A DNA stretch of 64,000 bases from Oikopleura dioica (lineage: Eukaryota > Animalia > Chordata): contig CAJRAX010000008.1 in assembly GCA_907165135.1 (NCBI GenBank), forward strand, positions 1 to 64,000, given 5' to 3'. Below, one piece after another: positions 36,368-48,700 of this stretch; position 1 is the stretch's first letter; each line of letters opens with the position of its first letter. The notes beneath the pieces were generated by a model. That model ran no database searches and was not told where the DNA came from. It saw only the letters and a list, made by a program, of their open reading frames with translations. The translations under genes were made by a program, and so were the position numbers.

Positions 36368-37918
36368 TGATACAAACTCTAGTCCTGATTGCAATTAAAA
36401 TCTAATAATCAAATTTAATTTATGTTCTGCAAGAAAATCCAACAAAAAATTTTTTGCTTTCGCGGTTTTTTGTTTATTATGAGACTGATTTCATTTTTGG
36501 CGGTGAGCGAAATTGCAGGAAAGGCGCAGCTGCAAGTTCATAAATAAGAAAACAATAACAGCACGCTCACAAAGCGTGATCAAAACAAGGACAAGTTCAC
36601 CAAAGTTCTTCCGGTCGATCAATAAGAGATCCATTTCAGATCAAATTCTTGCGCTGGAGCCGGGTTCTCGCAGCATTTTTTGTTTCGTGTATGGCGAACA
36701 GGTGAAGGGTTGAACAATAATTCAGCAAACGGCGCGCCAAATTGTCGCAGAATAAAATAAGAAAGATTAAAACAAGCATAAAGAAAGATTATAATTTAAA
36801 TTGGCCAGTAATTAAAATTATAATTTTACGAAAGGGATGAAATATTTTTTTGATTTTTTGATTATTTTTTTAAAAAGGAATAACATAAATTACAGAAAAA
36901 GAGACATTAAAAATTACGATAAAATAAATTATATACAGAGTCAAAATAAACTCTGGCTCACCTTGCGATGCTTATTGACGCGGTTTGCTGTACGCGCTAC
37001 TTTGCGTCAAGCCCTATCGAAGACAGGGAATCGCAGGGTGCCCAAGTATCTGCAGCTTGAAGCTTGCCATCCGGCCCGCCCATGGGTGCCATTTGGAGTT
37101 AATTTTGAAGAGTTGGCGAGGCGGTAGAACTCGCATCCGCGTCGAGAGCAATCGTCGTTGATTTCCAAAGAGGAACAGAATAAAATAAAGCCGCAAGCTA
37201 GTTATTTAAGAAAATTAACCCTCGAACACTTGGGTCTAGTTGCTAATCAAGAATTTTAATTAAAATTAACCCTCGAACTCTCGGGCTATTTTTAAGGAGA
37301 GAAGAGAAGAATTCAGCAATTTTAAAGAAAATTAACCCTCGAACACTCGGGTTAAAAAAGTAATCAGGAATTTTCTATAAAATAAAGTTAACCCTCGAAC
37401 ACTCGGGTTTTCATGCCAAATTTTTAATCAATAATAACGAGCAATAAGTAAATGAGCATGCGCAATTTCGAACGTGCGGTAAGGACGATATTTCATTTTG
37501 GAATTTTGGGAACTAAGCGACAAAATTTTGAAGCCTTTTGGATGTGTAATAATAATTGTACAGTTATTTTATATGCACGCGTACGTGCTGTAAAATCCTA
37601 ATAGTTGCCGCTTAATCTTTATCCCTAACCGAAGCTTCAATGGGAAGCATTTTCAAAGAGTCGGCCGCTCGCTGGCTTTAGAGGTCTACTGAGGTTCTAG
37701 CTCCGTAGCAGACATAAAACCGCGAGAAGACCTTTTACCGTGGTGAGATGGAGTTTTTGGACCGTGAAGAGACGTTTTTGGGCGGAAATTTCGACGCCAT
37801 CTTTTAAAAATTTGTTGTGTGAATTTGGGGAGTATTTTGAGGCTTAGTTTGAGCTCAATTTCGCCGGTGACAGTTATCAAAGATTTTTTTTTCTCTCTTT
37901 TTTTCCGGTATTGTATCA
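36368..37918 (-). repeat. LTR-B (3')
   Basis: TGATACAA...TTGTATCA inverted termini; 1551 bp. Confidence 0.97.
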
Positions 37919-38061
37919 CTGTGACCACTCATGGGTCCGGAACTATTTTTCTTCCATTCTTTTTTGCCAGTGAATACAATCATTTTTTCCCGGAAAGATA
38001 CTGTTTAAAAAGCGTGGCTAATTGAGCTCAAGCCACAAAATACTTTTTGTAATTATCTAAT

Positions 38062-41000
38062 CTAAACAGCCGTTTCTGGACTAAAAATGAGTTCACCATT
38101 GGCGCGCTCATGATTTGGAAATTTATCGGAAAAAAATTGATCGATAAGCTCTCTCGCTTCGTATTTTCTGAGATGATAAACACCTTTTATATCGTGAAAA
38201 GCGGCGAGCGCTTTTAATTCTGGTTTACTAAACTCGCTTAATTTTGTTGGCTTAAGAACTAGAAAAACTCCGTAAAATAAAAACTCTCCGTTAGAAGCTT
38301 TTTTCCAAAATTTAAAATTTTGCTGAATATGATTTCTTACTCTTACTTTTAATTCGGAAAAATCGTCTCTATCCCAATGTTCTAATTCAAATTTATCAGC
38401 TATGTATTTGAGCATTAGAAATGATAGCTCACTGAGCTTGCAAAAAATGCCTTTATCGACAGACATATTTTGCTTGCACTGTTCATAAATTTGGTCAAAT
38501 TGTTCAAAAAGTTCCTGGTTTTCATTTTGTAATTTAAAATTTATCGAAAAATCCATTCTGTTAGTTTCTCCGCCTAGTGCTATTTCAAAATTGTCACTGT
38601 CTAGAATCTGACATTTTTTGCCAGAAGGCCCCGAAGAAGAGTCTTTAGAAGACTCTCTTTCGCGTTTTTTAGGGTTAGACGGATTATGACTTACATCTAA
38701 TTGATCAAAACTGGTAAGATTAGGGGGAATGATCTTGGTCTCTGTTTCGGTAATGCGCTCAAGGTTTTGATTATCTAAACTTGAGCTTTCGGATGTTTCA
38801 ACATAATTTTGGACTTGATCATTATTAACTATCGGGGAATCTACAGAAGTAGGGCTATTGTTATCGGATTTTTTGGGCGTATTGAGATCGGAAAATGAAA
38901 ATTTTTTATTGATATTTTGAGGTACCGGGCTATTTTGGTCGGAGTTTTCTGAAGAATCAAGGTCCGAAAAAGTAATTTTCTTGCGGATATTCTGGGGCTT
39001 TGGGGCTAAACTAGGGGTATTATGCGGAGGAACCGGCTCTCTCGTCTCGGGCGCAGCATTGCTCGGAATCGGCTCTGCCTGGGCTTCACAGCCGTCATCA
39101 GTTATTTTGGGCTGAAAACTGATTTTCTTAGGAAATTTTAGCATGACAATTGGGTCAATAAGAGCCTGATCCGGATTCTCATTTCCAAAATCACTATCTG
39201 AACTCGTCTTAAGGTCGTCAATCGAAGTCGTCATCTTTTCGGACTCTGTACTCCTTTGGTCGAATTCAGAGCAATTTTCAGAGACAGGGTCTGAAATTTC
39301 ATTCGGCGACTGTACAATCTTTTCATTGGAGCTTCTACTTTCGGACCTCTCACGATAATTTATTTCTTTCGATTCAAGTTCCTCGTTTATTTCTTTTTCA
39401 GAAATAAGTGTTGCCTCAGAAAATTCATTTGCTCTAGGAGCGCTCACAGCTACAGGGATAAACAAGTCCTCCTCATCTTCTGACTCAAATTCCAGTTGCG
39501 GTAACAAATTAGAACGCACAATCTCTGGCGCTAACTCAGCAGTTTCATCCGCATTTTCATCAACAATCTTCCCCCCTTTCGGCTCAATAAATTTCCTTAG
39601 ATCACAACCGTGTCTTTTATACTCATTGCCGGTTTTTGAATCCTTCAGAGTATACCAGGTTGATTTCGGAGATTTGTCAACGATCAGAAAGGGCCCGACA
39701 AATGGTGGAAAACGCAACTTCAGATTTTTCATTAAAACTTTCGAACCAATTTCATATTCGACGTAGTGAGAATTGCTATATTTTTCGACTCTCTTATTCT
39801 TTTCCATTTCAATCTTTTGCTGTATTTTCTCAAAATCAATGTCAATCCTTTCTCCGTACTTTCTAAAAAGCGGATCATTTGGATTGTGGACTTCAGCGAC
39901 GCCGGTTTCAATTTGAAAAGGGCTGAACTCAGAGACGGAATGGATACTTCCATTTATCGCATGAATAACTTCATAGATATGGCGATCCCAATTATTCATT
40001 TCACAACACGCGCGAAGACGAGCTTTTATAGTACGATTGACAACTTCGATACCACCGTTAGTTTGAGGATGATACGGCGGGCTCAATTTATGTTCGATTC
40101 CTTTTTCTTTCAAAAACTCAGCTACTCCGTAGAATTCAGTTCCGTTATCAGAAAGCACGCTTTTTGGAATGTGTGGAATAGCAAAAATAATCCTTTTGAA
40201 TTTTTCCAAGACTTCGATTTTATTTTTGGATGCAAGAGGCTCCGCGTAAACTTTTTTTGAGAAAAGATCAACTGCTGTCAAACAAAATTGCATATCATCG
40301 TCTGTCGGTCTCAAGGGCCCGATTAAGTCAATTGCAAGGCTCTGGAAGGGAGCAACAGGGGTCACACTTTTTCCGAGAGGTGGACGGTTCGGATGAGTAT
40401 TTGGCTTAGCCGCTTGGCAATGCGCGCATGATCGAATAAATTCCGCGACCGACTCGCGCATGCCGGGCCAAATATATTTTGCCGAGAGCTTTTTAAAACA
40501 AATATCGATACCTTCATGAGCTGGCTCATGGTAATTCTGGACAATCGAAAGAACGAGCTGATCTGGAACACACGTGCGAGTTTGACCGACAAAGTCGAGA
40601 AGCGCGAGGCGCCCATCTTCTTCGATTTTTAAATTATCTCGATGTAATTTATAGAAGACGATTTTCCTATCTGTAGTTAAATTTGGCCAACGATCAATTT
40701 TAACGAATTTTAAAACTTCAGCAAGAGTTGGATCAAGGAGCTGAAAATGAACGAAATCCCCTTCCGAAAAGTTTATTTCGCTGATAATAGCTTTTTCGGT
40801 TTTTTCTTTCGAGCGGCTAAGATAGTCGCTAATTTTCATGTCTCTCGATTTGCGCTGAATTGGATTAAATGAGAACCCTTGGATATTCATTATCCAGCGC
40901 TGGATCTTACGATTACTCGTTTTTAGAGAATTGATAAATCTTAAGCATGAATTATCCACCAACCAGTCAAATTGAGTAAACAATAAATAGGGCGCCCAGC

Positions 41001-43110
41001 GTTCCATACAAGTCATGCCACTAAATAGCTCTTTTTCGACCGTGACGTACCGAACTTGTGCCTCTGAAAAATTCCCAGAATGGTACGCGATCTGGCGTAG
41101 ACAACTTTCGTCGTGTTCATGTGAAAGATTAGGAAAACGGCAAAAGGAAAGACACCCGCCGTAGCCAGTTTCAGAAGCATCGGTTTCAAGGACAAATTTA
41201 CAATTTTTTGGAGGCAAGGACAGCTCTAAACAATTGCTCGTTATTATCTCTTTCAATTTTTTAAGTGCTACTGTAGCTTCCGAGGTCCAACAAAATTTCC
41301 CTCTGTAAGACTTAGTGATTGGAAGAGCTATCTCCGCAAATCCCTCAATAAAGCGTCTGTGGCTTGAAAGAGCCCCAAAGAGCGAAATTGCTTCGTCACG
41401 ATTCTTCGGAACGCCGCGTTCGCTTATCGCTTCTACTCTACTTTTCGATGGCCTTATACGTCCTTTTTCGATTTCATAACCGAGAAAATCAACTTTTTCA
41501 ACACAAAAAACCGCTTTTCGCGCATTTAGCCTCAAGGAGTTAACTGCAAGAATTTTGAAAAATTTTTCCAAATTTATCAAATGACTCTCAAAATCCGGAC
41601 TGTGAACAATCAAGTCATCAAGATACGCCGTAATTTCCGTGCGCGGAATATCCTCCAAACATTTATCGACAACTTTTGCAAAAAAAGATGGACTGTTCTT
41701 AGTGCCCATCGGCATCCGGCAAAATTGATATTGACCGAACTCGCTGCTGAATGCAGTTTTCTCTTTCGAGTCTGGACTCATCTCCAGCTGGTGGAAGCCT
41801 TTCATAAGGTCACACACACTGTACACTCTACTATCTGCTAACAAGTTTAGTGTGTCTTCAATATTCGGTAGCGGGTGATTTGCCTGAATTGTGACTGAAT
41901 TTAAGCGTCTAAAATCAATCACCAATCTAAAAGAACCGTTTCGTTTTCTAACCAGAAGCAGTGGTGAATTCCATGGACTATTCGCTTTTTCGATTATTCC
42001 GTGCCGCTCAAATTCGTCTAAAATTTCTCTGAGCGCCGGACGTAGACTGTACGGAGTGCGATAAGGAGGAGAACAAACTGGGGGATGATCACCGGTATCA
42101 ATTACAAACTGACCGATTTTTGAAGCAGGGAGACAATCTTCCTCGTCCAAGAAAAGAAACCAGTATTTTCTAATAAAATCATAAAATCGTTCTTTTAATT
42201 CCTCAGGTAACGGGCCAATTTTTATTTTACTCAGAATGCTCTCAAAAGTTTCTGAACTTTCCGTTTGAATATTTGAGATTTGTACCGCTGGAAAAAGCTT
42301 TGCAAAGACTGTGCCACGCGGAATTTTAATACTAGCATCAGTGGGATTTATAACTAAAATTCTGAACAATTTTTTGTCGCCCTCAACTGTCTGAATAGAT
42401 GGAATTAATTGTAATTTAGAGTTTTCAAGAGAAGACTTTTCGAAAAACAAATTCGACGTATTTTTCAATCCGACAACCTCACAGTCAAATATTGTTTCCG
42501 ACTTTCCTCTGAAAGTGCGACTTTCCAAAGATACCGCATCAAATCCTTCCTTGGCTTCAATAAAGGGATTTGCTTCTAAGTGATTTTTGCACTCAATAAA
42601 GGCCGACTCTTCAAACCCAGAATCAAATTTTTCTGGACCCTCTGATAACGCACTAACTCTCACATCACTATTTTTCTCACAAAGGTCTGCGTGCCTCGTT
42701 ATCGGTCCAGCTTGGATCATTTTACGTCGTTTGAGATTCAGAAGACAGTCATTTCCCTCTAAAAAATTACTACCTAAAATCGAAGAATATTCATCCGGAA
42801 CTACATAAAGTTTAGCTTTACCCCAACTGACTGAATCAATATTTATCGCCGCTTCGATGAATCCTTCAATTTTCATCGCACTATTATTAAACGAATTCAC
42901 TACTAGAGATGAGCTTTGAATTTTGCAGTTTTTCGGAACGAATTTTTTCTGAATTGTGCAAATTTGGCTACCTGTATCAACTAAAAAACGAACTAGAGAG
43001 TTCAACACAGATGCATTCACAAAATATTGTCCGCCAACTTGAGCTAGACTGTTCGCGAGAATACTAATTTCAGGAAGTCCGTTCTGGCCAAACGGGCTCC
43101 CATCCATTAG
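38062..43110 (-). CDS. pol: Gypsy-B pol (PR-RT-RH-IN, acidic linker, tandem C-terminal domain), intact 1681 aa
   Basis: LVDTGS, YLDD, ETDAS, HEPAH..CAHC, DLIGP, SDNGTEF, NGGIE, FPPFVGPF. Confidence 0.97.
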   Translation of the reverse strand, partial: LMDGSPFGQNGLPEISILANSLAQVGGQYFVNASVLNSLVRFLVDTGSQICTIQKKFVPKNCKIQSSSLVVNSFNNSAMKIEGFIEAAINIDSVSWGKAKLYVVPDEYSSILGSNFLEGNDCLLNLKRRKMIQAGPITRHADLCEKNSDVRVSALSEGPEKFDSGFEESAFIECKNHLEANPFIEAKEGFDAVSLESRTFRGKSETIFDCEVVGLKNTSNLFFEKSSLENSKLQLIPSIQTVEGDKKLFRILVINPTDASIKIPRGTVFAKLFPAVQISNIQTESSETFESILSKIKIGPLPEELKERFYDFIRKYWFLFLDEEDCLPASKIGQFVIDTGDHPPVCSPPYRTPYSLRPALREILDEFERHGIIEKANSPWNSPLLLVRKRNGSFRLVIDFRRLNSVTIQANHPLPNIEDTLNLLADSRVYSVCDLMKGFHQLEMSPDSKEKTAFSSEFGQYQFCRMPMGTKNSPSFFAKVVDKCLEDIPRTEITAYLDDLIVHSPDFESHLINLEKFFKILAVNSLRLNARKAVFCVEKVDFLGYEIEKGRIRPSKSRVEAISERGVPKNRDEAISLFGALSSHRRFIEGFAEIALPITKSYRGKFCWTSEATVALKKLKEIITSNCLELSLPPKNCKFVLETDASETGYGGCLSFCRFPNLSHEHDESCLRQIAYHSGNFSEAQVRYVTVEKELFSGMTCMERWAPYLLFTQFDWLVDNSCLRFINSLKTSNRKIQRWIMNIQGFSFNPIQRKSRDMKISDYLSRSKEKTEKAIISEINFSEGDFVHFQLLDPTLAEVLKFVKIDRWPNLTTDRKIVFYKLHRDNLKIEEDGRLALLDFVGQTRTCVPDQLVLSIVQNYHEPAHEGIDICFKKLSAKYIWPGMRESVAEFIRSCAHCQAAKPNTHPNRPPLGKSVTPVAPFQSLAIDLIGPLRPTDDDMQFCLTAVDLFSKKVYAEPLASKNKIEVLEKFKRIIFAIPHIPKSVLSDNGTEFYGVAEFLKEKGIEHKLSPPYHPQTNGGIEVVNRTIKARLRACCEMNNWDRHIYEVIHAINGSIHSVSEFSPFQIETGVAEVHNPNDPLFRKYGERIDIDFEKIQQKIEMEKNKRVEKYSNSHYVEYEIGSKVLMKNLKLRFPPFVGPFLIVDKSPKSTWYTLKDSKTGNEYKRHGCDLRKFIEPKGGKIVDENADETAELAPEIVRSNLLPQLEFESEDEEDLFIPVAVSAPRANEFSEATLISEKEINEELESKEINYRERSESRSSNEKIVQSPNEISDPVSENCSEFDQRSTESEKMTTSIDDLKTSSDSDFGNENPDQALIDPIVMLKFPKKISFQPKITDDGCEAQAEPIPSNAAPETREPVPPHNTPSLAPKPQNIRKKITFSDLDSSENSDQNSPVPQNINKKFSFSDLNTPKKSDNNSPTSVDSPIVNNDQVQNYVETSESSSLDNQNLERITETETKIIPPNLTSFDQLDVSHNPSNPKKRERESSKDSSSGPSGKKCQILDSDNFEIALGGETNRMDFSINFKLQNENQELFEQFDQIYEQCKQNMSVDKGIFCKLSELSFLMLKYIADKFELEHWDRDDFSELKVRVRNHIQQNFKFWKKASNGEFLFYGVFLVLKPTKLSEFSKPELKALAAFHDIKGVYHLRKYEARELIDQFFSDKFPNHERANGELIFSPETAV

Positions 43111-44242
43111 TTTAAAGATTTTGGGGGTTGAGCGCCTTCAGGAACTTTGCGCTTGTCACAATTCTTTGCCATGTGCCCAAGCTGGCCACAGACAAAACAG
43201 GTTATTTTAGGGCATTCTGATCGCCAATGCTCGTCTGTGTTGCAAGGTCGACAAAATCTGGTTCTAGCCCTCCACTGACCTTGGTTCGGGGCTGAAAATC
43301 CTTGGCGAGTTTCACCTAGGTTACTAGGCTGAAAGGGAAAGCGCGGGCCATAGGGGCGAGGGGGAATATCACGATTTCGATTATTTTCTAACGCGCTAAT
43401 TTTTGCCGTAAGAATTGAGATCTGATCAAGAAGCCGTCCATTCTGCTCCTCAGCTCTGGCCTGCGTAGCCGTAACTGTCTGTTCAAAATTTTTGGCTTGC
43501 TCAGCAAGCAAAACCGACTGCTTCTCCATCAAATCACTAATCTGTGACTGGAATTCTATTTTATTAATATGGGCTGAGGGGCTTGTTTTTAAGTGGCGCT
43601 TCCTTGCGTCAAGGTACTCCGCGATGTTCTCTACTGTCTCATCCCACTGCAAATTATCAAGCAAAAAGCTCCTGTTTGCCGGGCTTATTGATTTTTTGAA
43701 TTTTTCTGAAATAATAAAATTCTGATTAATTTTGTTCTCAGTAATCAGCCCGGCAACAGATTCGATTCGCTTTAAAAACCGAGCAAATGTCTCCGACCTA
43801 TCAACATTTCGAGCCAAAGATTCTAACGAATCTTTTGCTCGCTGAACTCTCTCCTCTGGCGATTCCTCTTGGAAAAGAGACGAAATGAGCTCAAGTTTTT
43901 CGTCCGCGTCCTCGATGCGAGCCAATTCCTCCCCATGTTCCCGAAAAATTCCGCTCCGCAGCAGTGCAGAACAAAGTCTCCCGCGAGCTCGTTGAACTGA
44001 GCCTCAAGTTCATTCTTGTTTGATGAAGGGTAAGCCTCTAGAGCTCTGTTCAAACTCCATTTTGCCCGGGCTATTTTGTTCCGCACGCTCTTAAGCAGTA
44101 ATTTCATCTCAAAAAATTTCATTCTAGAATTGAACCCTTGCCCAGGGGGTGATGAAAATAATGTGGCCGAATTTAAAATCTCTTCAGGCATCTTACTTTT
44201 GAGAAGTGTGGGTTCTGTCTTCGCACCTTCGTTCGTCTCCAT
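43107..44242 (-). CDS. gag: Gypsy-B gag (one apparent 1-nt frameshift near 43940)
   Basis: ORFs 43823-44242 and 43107-43925 join to a protein colinear with gag-A and gag-C; knuckles CRPCNTDEHWRSEC and CFVCGQLGHMAKNC. Confidence 0.88.
43110..43116 (-). promoter_or_regulatory. -1 frameshift slippery site of B: T TTA AAC
   Basis: Immediately before the gag stop; pol in the -1 frame; GGAGCCCGTT/AACGGACTTCC hairpin downstream. Confidence 0.8.
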
Positions 44243-45794
44243 GATACAAACTCTAGTCCTGATTGCAATTAAAATCTAATAATCAAATTTAATTTATGTT
44301 CTGCAAGAAAATCCAACAAAAAATTTTTTGCTTTCGCGGTTTTTTGTTTATTATGAGACTGATTTCATTTTTGGCGGTGAGCGAAATTGCAGGAAAGGCG
44401 CAGCTGCAAGTTCATAAATAAGAAAACAATAACAGCACGCTCACAAAGCGTGATCAAAACAAGGACAAGTTCACCAAAGTTCTTCCGGTCGATCAATAAG
44501 AGATCCATTTCAGATCAAATTCTTGCGCTGGAGCCGGGTTCTCGCAGCATTTTTTGTTTCGTGTATGGCGAACAGGTGAAGGGTTGAACAATAATTCAGC
44601 AAACGGCGCGCCAAATTGTCGCAGAATAAAATAAGAAAGATTAAAACAAGCATAAAAGAAAGATTATAATTTAAATTGGCCAGTAATTAAAATTATAATT
44701 TTACGAAAGGGATGAAATATTTTTTTTTGATTTTTTGATTATTTTTTTTTAAAAAGGAATAACATAAATTACAGAAAAAGAGACATTAAAAATTACGATA
44801 AAATAAATTATATACAGAGTCAAAATAAACTCTGGCTCACCTTGCGATGCTTATTGACGCGGTTTGCTGTACGCGCTACTTTGCGTCAAGCCCTATCGAA
44901 GACAGGGAATCGCAGGGTGCCCAAGTATCTGCAGCTTGAAGCTTGCCATCCGGCCCGCCCATGGGTGCCATTTGGAGTTAATTTTGAAGAGTTGGCGAGG
45001 CGGTAGAACTCGCATCCGCGTCGAGAGCAATCGTCGTTGATTTCCAAAGAGGAACAGAATAAAATAAAGCCGCAAGCTAGTTATTTAAGAAAATTAACCC
45101 TCGAACACTTGGGTCTAGTTGCTAATCAAGAATTTTAATTAAAATTAACCCTCGAACTCTCGGGCTATTTTTAAGGAGAGAAGAGAAGAATTCAGCAATT
45201 TTAAAGAAAATTAACCCTCGAACACTCGGGTTAAAAAAGTAATCAGGAATTTTCTATAAAATAAAGTTAACCCTCGAACACTCGGGTTTTCATGCCAAAT
45301 TTTTAATCAATAATAACGAGCAATAAGTAAATGAGCATGCGCAATTTCGAACGTGCGGTAAGGACGATATTTCATTTTGGAATTTTGGGAACTAAGCGAC
45401 AAAATTTTGAAGCCTTTTGGATGTGTAATAATAATTGTACAGTTATTTTATATGCACGCGTACGTGCTGTAAAATCCTAATAGTTGCCGCTTAATCTTTA
45501 TCCCTAACCGAAGCTTCAATGGGAAGCATTTTCAAAGAGTCGGCCGCTCGCTGGCTTTAGAGGTCTACTGAGGTTCTAGCTCCGTAGCAGACATAAAACC
45601 GCGAGAAGACCTTTTACCGTGGTGAGATGGAGTTTTTGGACCGTGAAGAGACGTTTTTGGGCGGAAATTTCGACGCCATCTTTTAAAAATTTGTTGTGTG
45701 AATTTGGGGAGTATTTTGAGGCTTAGTTTGAGCTCAATTTCGCCGGTGACAGTTATCAAAGATTTTTTTCTCTCTTTTTTCCGGTATTGTATCA
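44242..45794 (-). repeat. LTR-B (5')
   Basis: Direct repeat of 36368-37918; on minus it is followed directly by PBS-position TGGAGACGAACG. Confidence 0.97.
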
Positions 45795-48700
45795 TCGGGA
45801 GACGGCAGAAACGCTGCAAATAAAATTAGGGCAACAAACGTAATTTCAAAATTTTGACTTCGTTTTTGGGCGATTCATGATAACGATGACCATCGAAATA
45901 AAATTTTTTTTTTGAATTATTTTCTGTTGGGTTTGAGAGGCTCAGAATCAACCAAAATGATACTCGGGAGACGGCAGAAACGCTGCAAATAATAAAAGGG
46001 GAAAAAACGAAATTTCAAAATTTTGACCTCGTTTTTGGGCGATTAATGATAACGATGACCATCGAAAAAAAATTTTTTTTTTGAATTATTTTCTGTTGGG
46101 TTTGCGAGGCTCAGAATCAATCAAAATGACGCTCGGATGACGGCAGAAATGCTGCAAATAAAATTAGAGCAAAAACGAAATTTCAAAATTTTGACCTCGT
46201 TTTTGGGCGATTCATGATAACGATGACCATCGAAAAAAAAATTTTTTTTTTGAATTATTTTTTCTGTTGGGTTTGAGAAGCTCAGAATCAACCAAAATGA
46301 CGCTCGGAAGACGGCAGAAACGCTGCAAATAAAATTAGAGCAAAAACGAAATTTCAAAATTTTGACCTCGTTTTTGGGCGATTCATGATAACGATGACCA
46401 TCGAAAGAAAATTTTTTGAATTATCTTCTGTTGGCTTTGAGAGGCTCAGAATCAACCAAAATGACGCTCGGATGACGGCAGAAACGCTGCAAATATAATT
46501 AGAGCAAAAACGAATTTTCAAAATTTTGACCTCGTTTTTGGGCGATTCATGATAACGATAACCATCGAAAAAAATTTTTTTGAATTTTTTTCTGTTGGGT
46601 TTGAGAGGCTCAGAATCAACCAAAATGACGCTTGGATGACGGCAGAAACGCTTTAAATAAAATTAGAGCAAAAACGAATTTTCAAAATTTTGACCTCGTT
46701 TTTGGGCGATTCATGATAACGATGACCATCGAAAAAAATTTTTTTGAATTTTTTCTGTTGGGTTTGAGAGGCTCAGAATCAACCAAAATGACGCTCGGAT
46801 GACGGCAGAAAGGCTTTAAATAAAATTAGAGCAAAAACGAATTTTCAAAATTTTGACCTCGTTTTTGGGCGATTCATGATAACGATGACCATCGAAAAAA
46901 AAAATTTTTTTTATTGAATTTTTTTTCTGTTGGGTTTGAGAGGCTCAGAATCAAGCAAAATGACGCTCGGAAGACGGCAGAAACGCTGCAAATAAAATTA
47001 GGGCAAAAACGAAATTCCAAAATTTTGACCTCGTTTTTGGGCGATTCATGATAACGATGACCATCGAAAAAATTTTTTTTTTTTTTCTGTTGGGTTTGAG
47101 AGGCTCAGAATCAACAAAAATGATACTCGGGAGACGGCAGAAACGCTGCAAATAAAATAAGGGCAACAAACGTAATTTCAAAATTTTGACTTCGTTTTTG
47201 GGCGATTCATGTTAACGATGACCATCGAAAAAAAAATTTTTTTTTTGAATTTTCCTTCTGTTGGGTTTGAGAGGCTCAGAATCAACCAGAATGACGCTCG
47301 GATGACGGCAGAAACGCTGCAAATAAAAAAAGGGGAAAAAAAGAAATTTCAAAATTTTGACCTCGTTTTTGGGCGATTCATGATAACGATGACCATCGAA
47401 AAAAAATTTTTTTTTTTAATTTTCCTTCTGTTGGGTTTGAGAGGCTCAGAATCAACCAGAATGACGCTCGGATGACGGCAGAAACGCTGCAAATAAAAAA
47501 AGGGGAAAAAAAGAAATTTCAAAATTTTGACCTCGTTTTTGGGCGATATATGATAACGATGACCATCGAAAAAAAATTTTTTTTTTGAATTTTTTTTCTG
47601 TTGGGTTTGAGAGGCTCAGATTCAACCAAAATGACGCTCGGATGACGGCAGAAACGCTGCAAATAAAATAAGGGCAAAAAACGAAATTTCAAAATTTTGA
47701 CCTCGTTTTTGGGCGATTCATGATAACGATGACCATCGAAAAAAAAATTTTTTTTTGAATTTTTTTTTCTGTTGGAATTGAGAGGCTCAGAATCAACCAA
47801 AATGACGCTCGGAAGACAGCAGAAACGCTGCAAATAAAATAAGGGAATAAAACGAAATTTCAAAATTTGGACCTCGTTTTTGGGCGATTCATGATAACGA
47901 TGACCATCGAAAAAAAATTTTTTTTTTGAATTATTTTCTGTTGGGTTTGAGAGGCTCAGAATCAACCAAAATGACGCTTGGATGACTGCAGAAATGCTGC
48001 AAATATAATTAGAGCAAAAAACGAATTTTCAAAATTTTTTGTGTGAATTCGGGGAGTATTTTGAGGCTTAGTTTGAGCTCAATTTCGCCGGTGACACTTA
48101 TCAAAATTTTTTTTTCTCTTTTTTTCCGGTATTGTATCAGAATCAACCAAAATGACGCTCGGGAGACGGCAGAAACGCTGCAAATAAAATTAGAGCAAAA
48201 ACGAAATTTCAAAATTTCGACCTCGTTTTTGGGCGATTCATGATAACGATGACCATCGAAAAATTTTTTTGAATTTTTTTTCTGTTGGGTTTGAGAGGCT
48301 CAGAATCAACCAAAATGACGCTCGGATGACAGCAGAAAGGCTTTAAATAAAATTAGAGCAAAAAACGAATTTTCAAAATTTTGACCTCGTTTTTGGGCGA
48401 TTCATGATAACGATGACCATCGAAAAAAAAAATTTTTTTTTTGAATTTTTTTTCTGTTGGGTTTGAGAGGCTCAGAATCAAGCAAAATGACGCTCGGAAG
48501 ACGGCAGAAACGCTGCAAATAAAATTAGGGCAAAAAACGAAATTCCAAAATTTTGACCTCGTTTTTGGGCGATTCATGATAACGATGACCATCGAAAAAA
48601 AATTTTTTTTTTGAATTATTTTCTGTTGGGTTTGAGAGGCTCAGAATCAACCAAAATGACGCTCGGATGACGGCAGAAATGCTGCAAATAAAATTAGAGC

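Larger units (their letters stand above)
36368..45794 (-). mobile_element. Gypsy-B LTR retrotransposon, full length
   Basis: LTRs 36368-37918 and 44242-45794; 5-bp TSD TCGGG at 36363-36367 and 45795-45799; gag-pol on minus. Confidence 0.98.

Noticed and set aside
37211-37411. CRISPR-like repeat-spacer appearance in LTR-B and in the satellite
   Set aside because: Eukaryotic LTR context, degenerate repeats, no cas genes; the satellite has no unique spacers.
38062-39600. env gene or chromodomain in the long Pol tail
   Set aside because: No separate third ORF, signal peptide or transmembrane segment; no aromatic-cage chromodomain pattern.
39636-42808. Antisense ORFs overlapping pol-B and pol-C
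   Set aside because: Short shadows of the long coding strand, not conserved between families.
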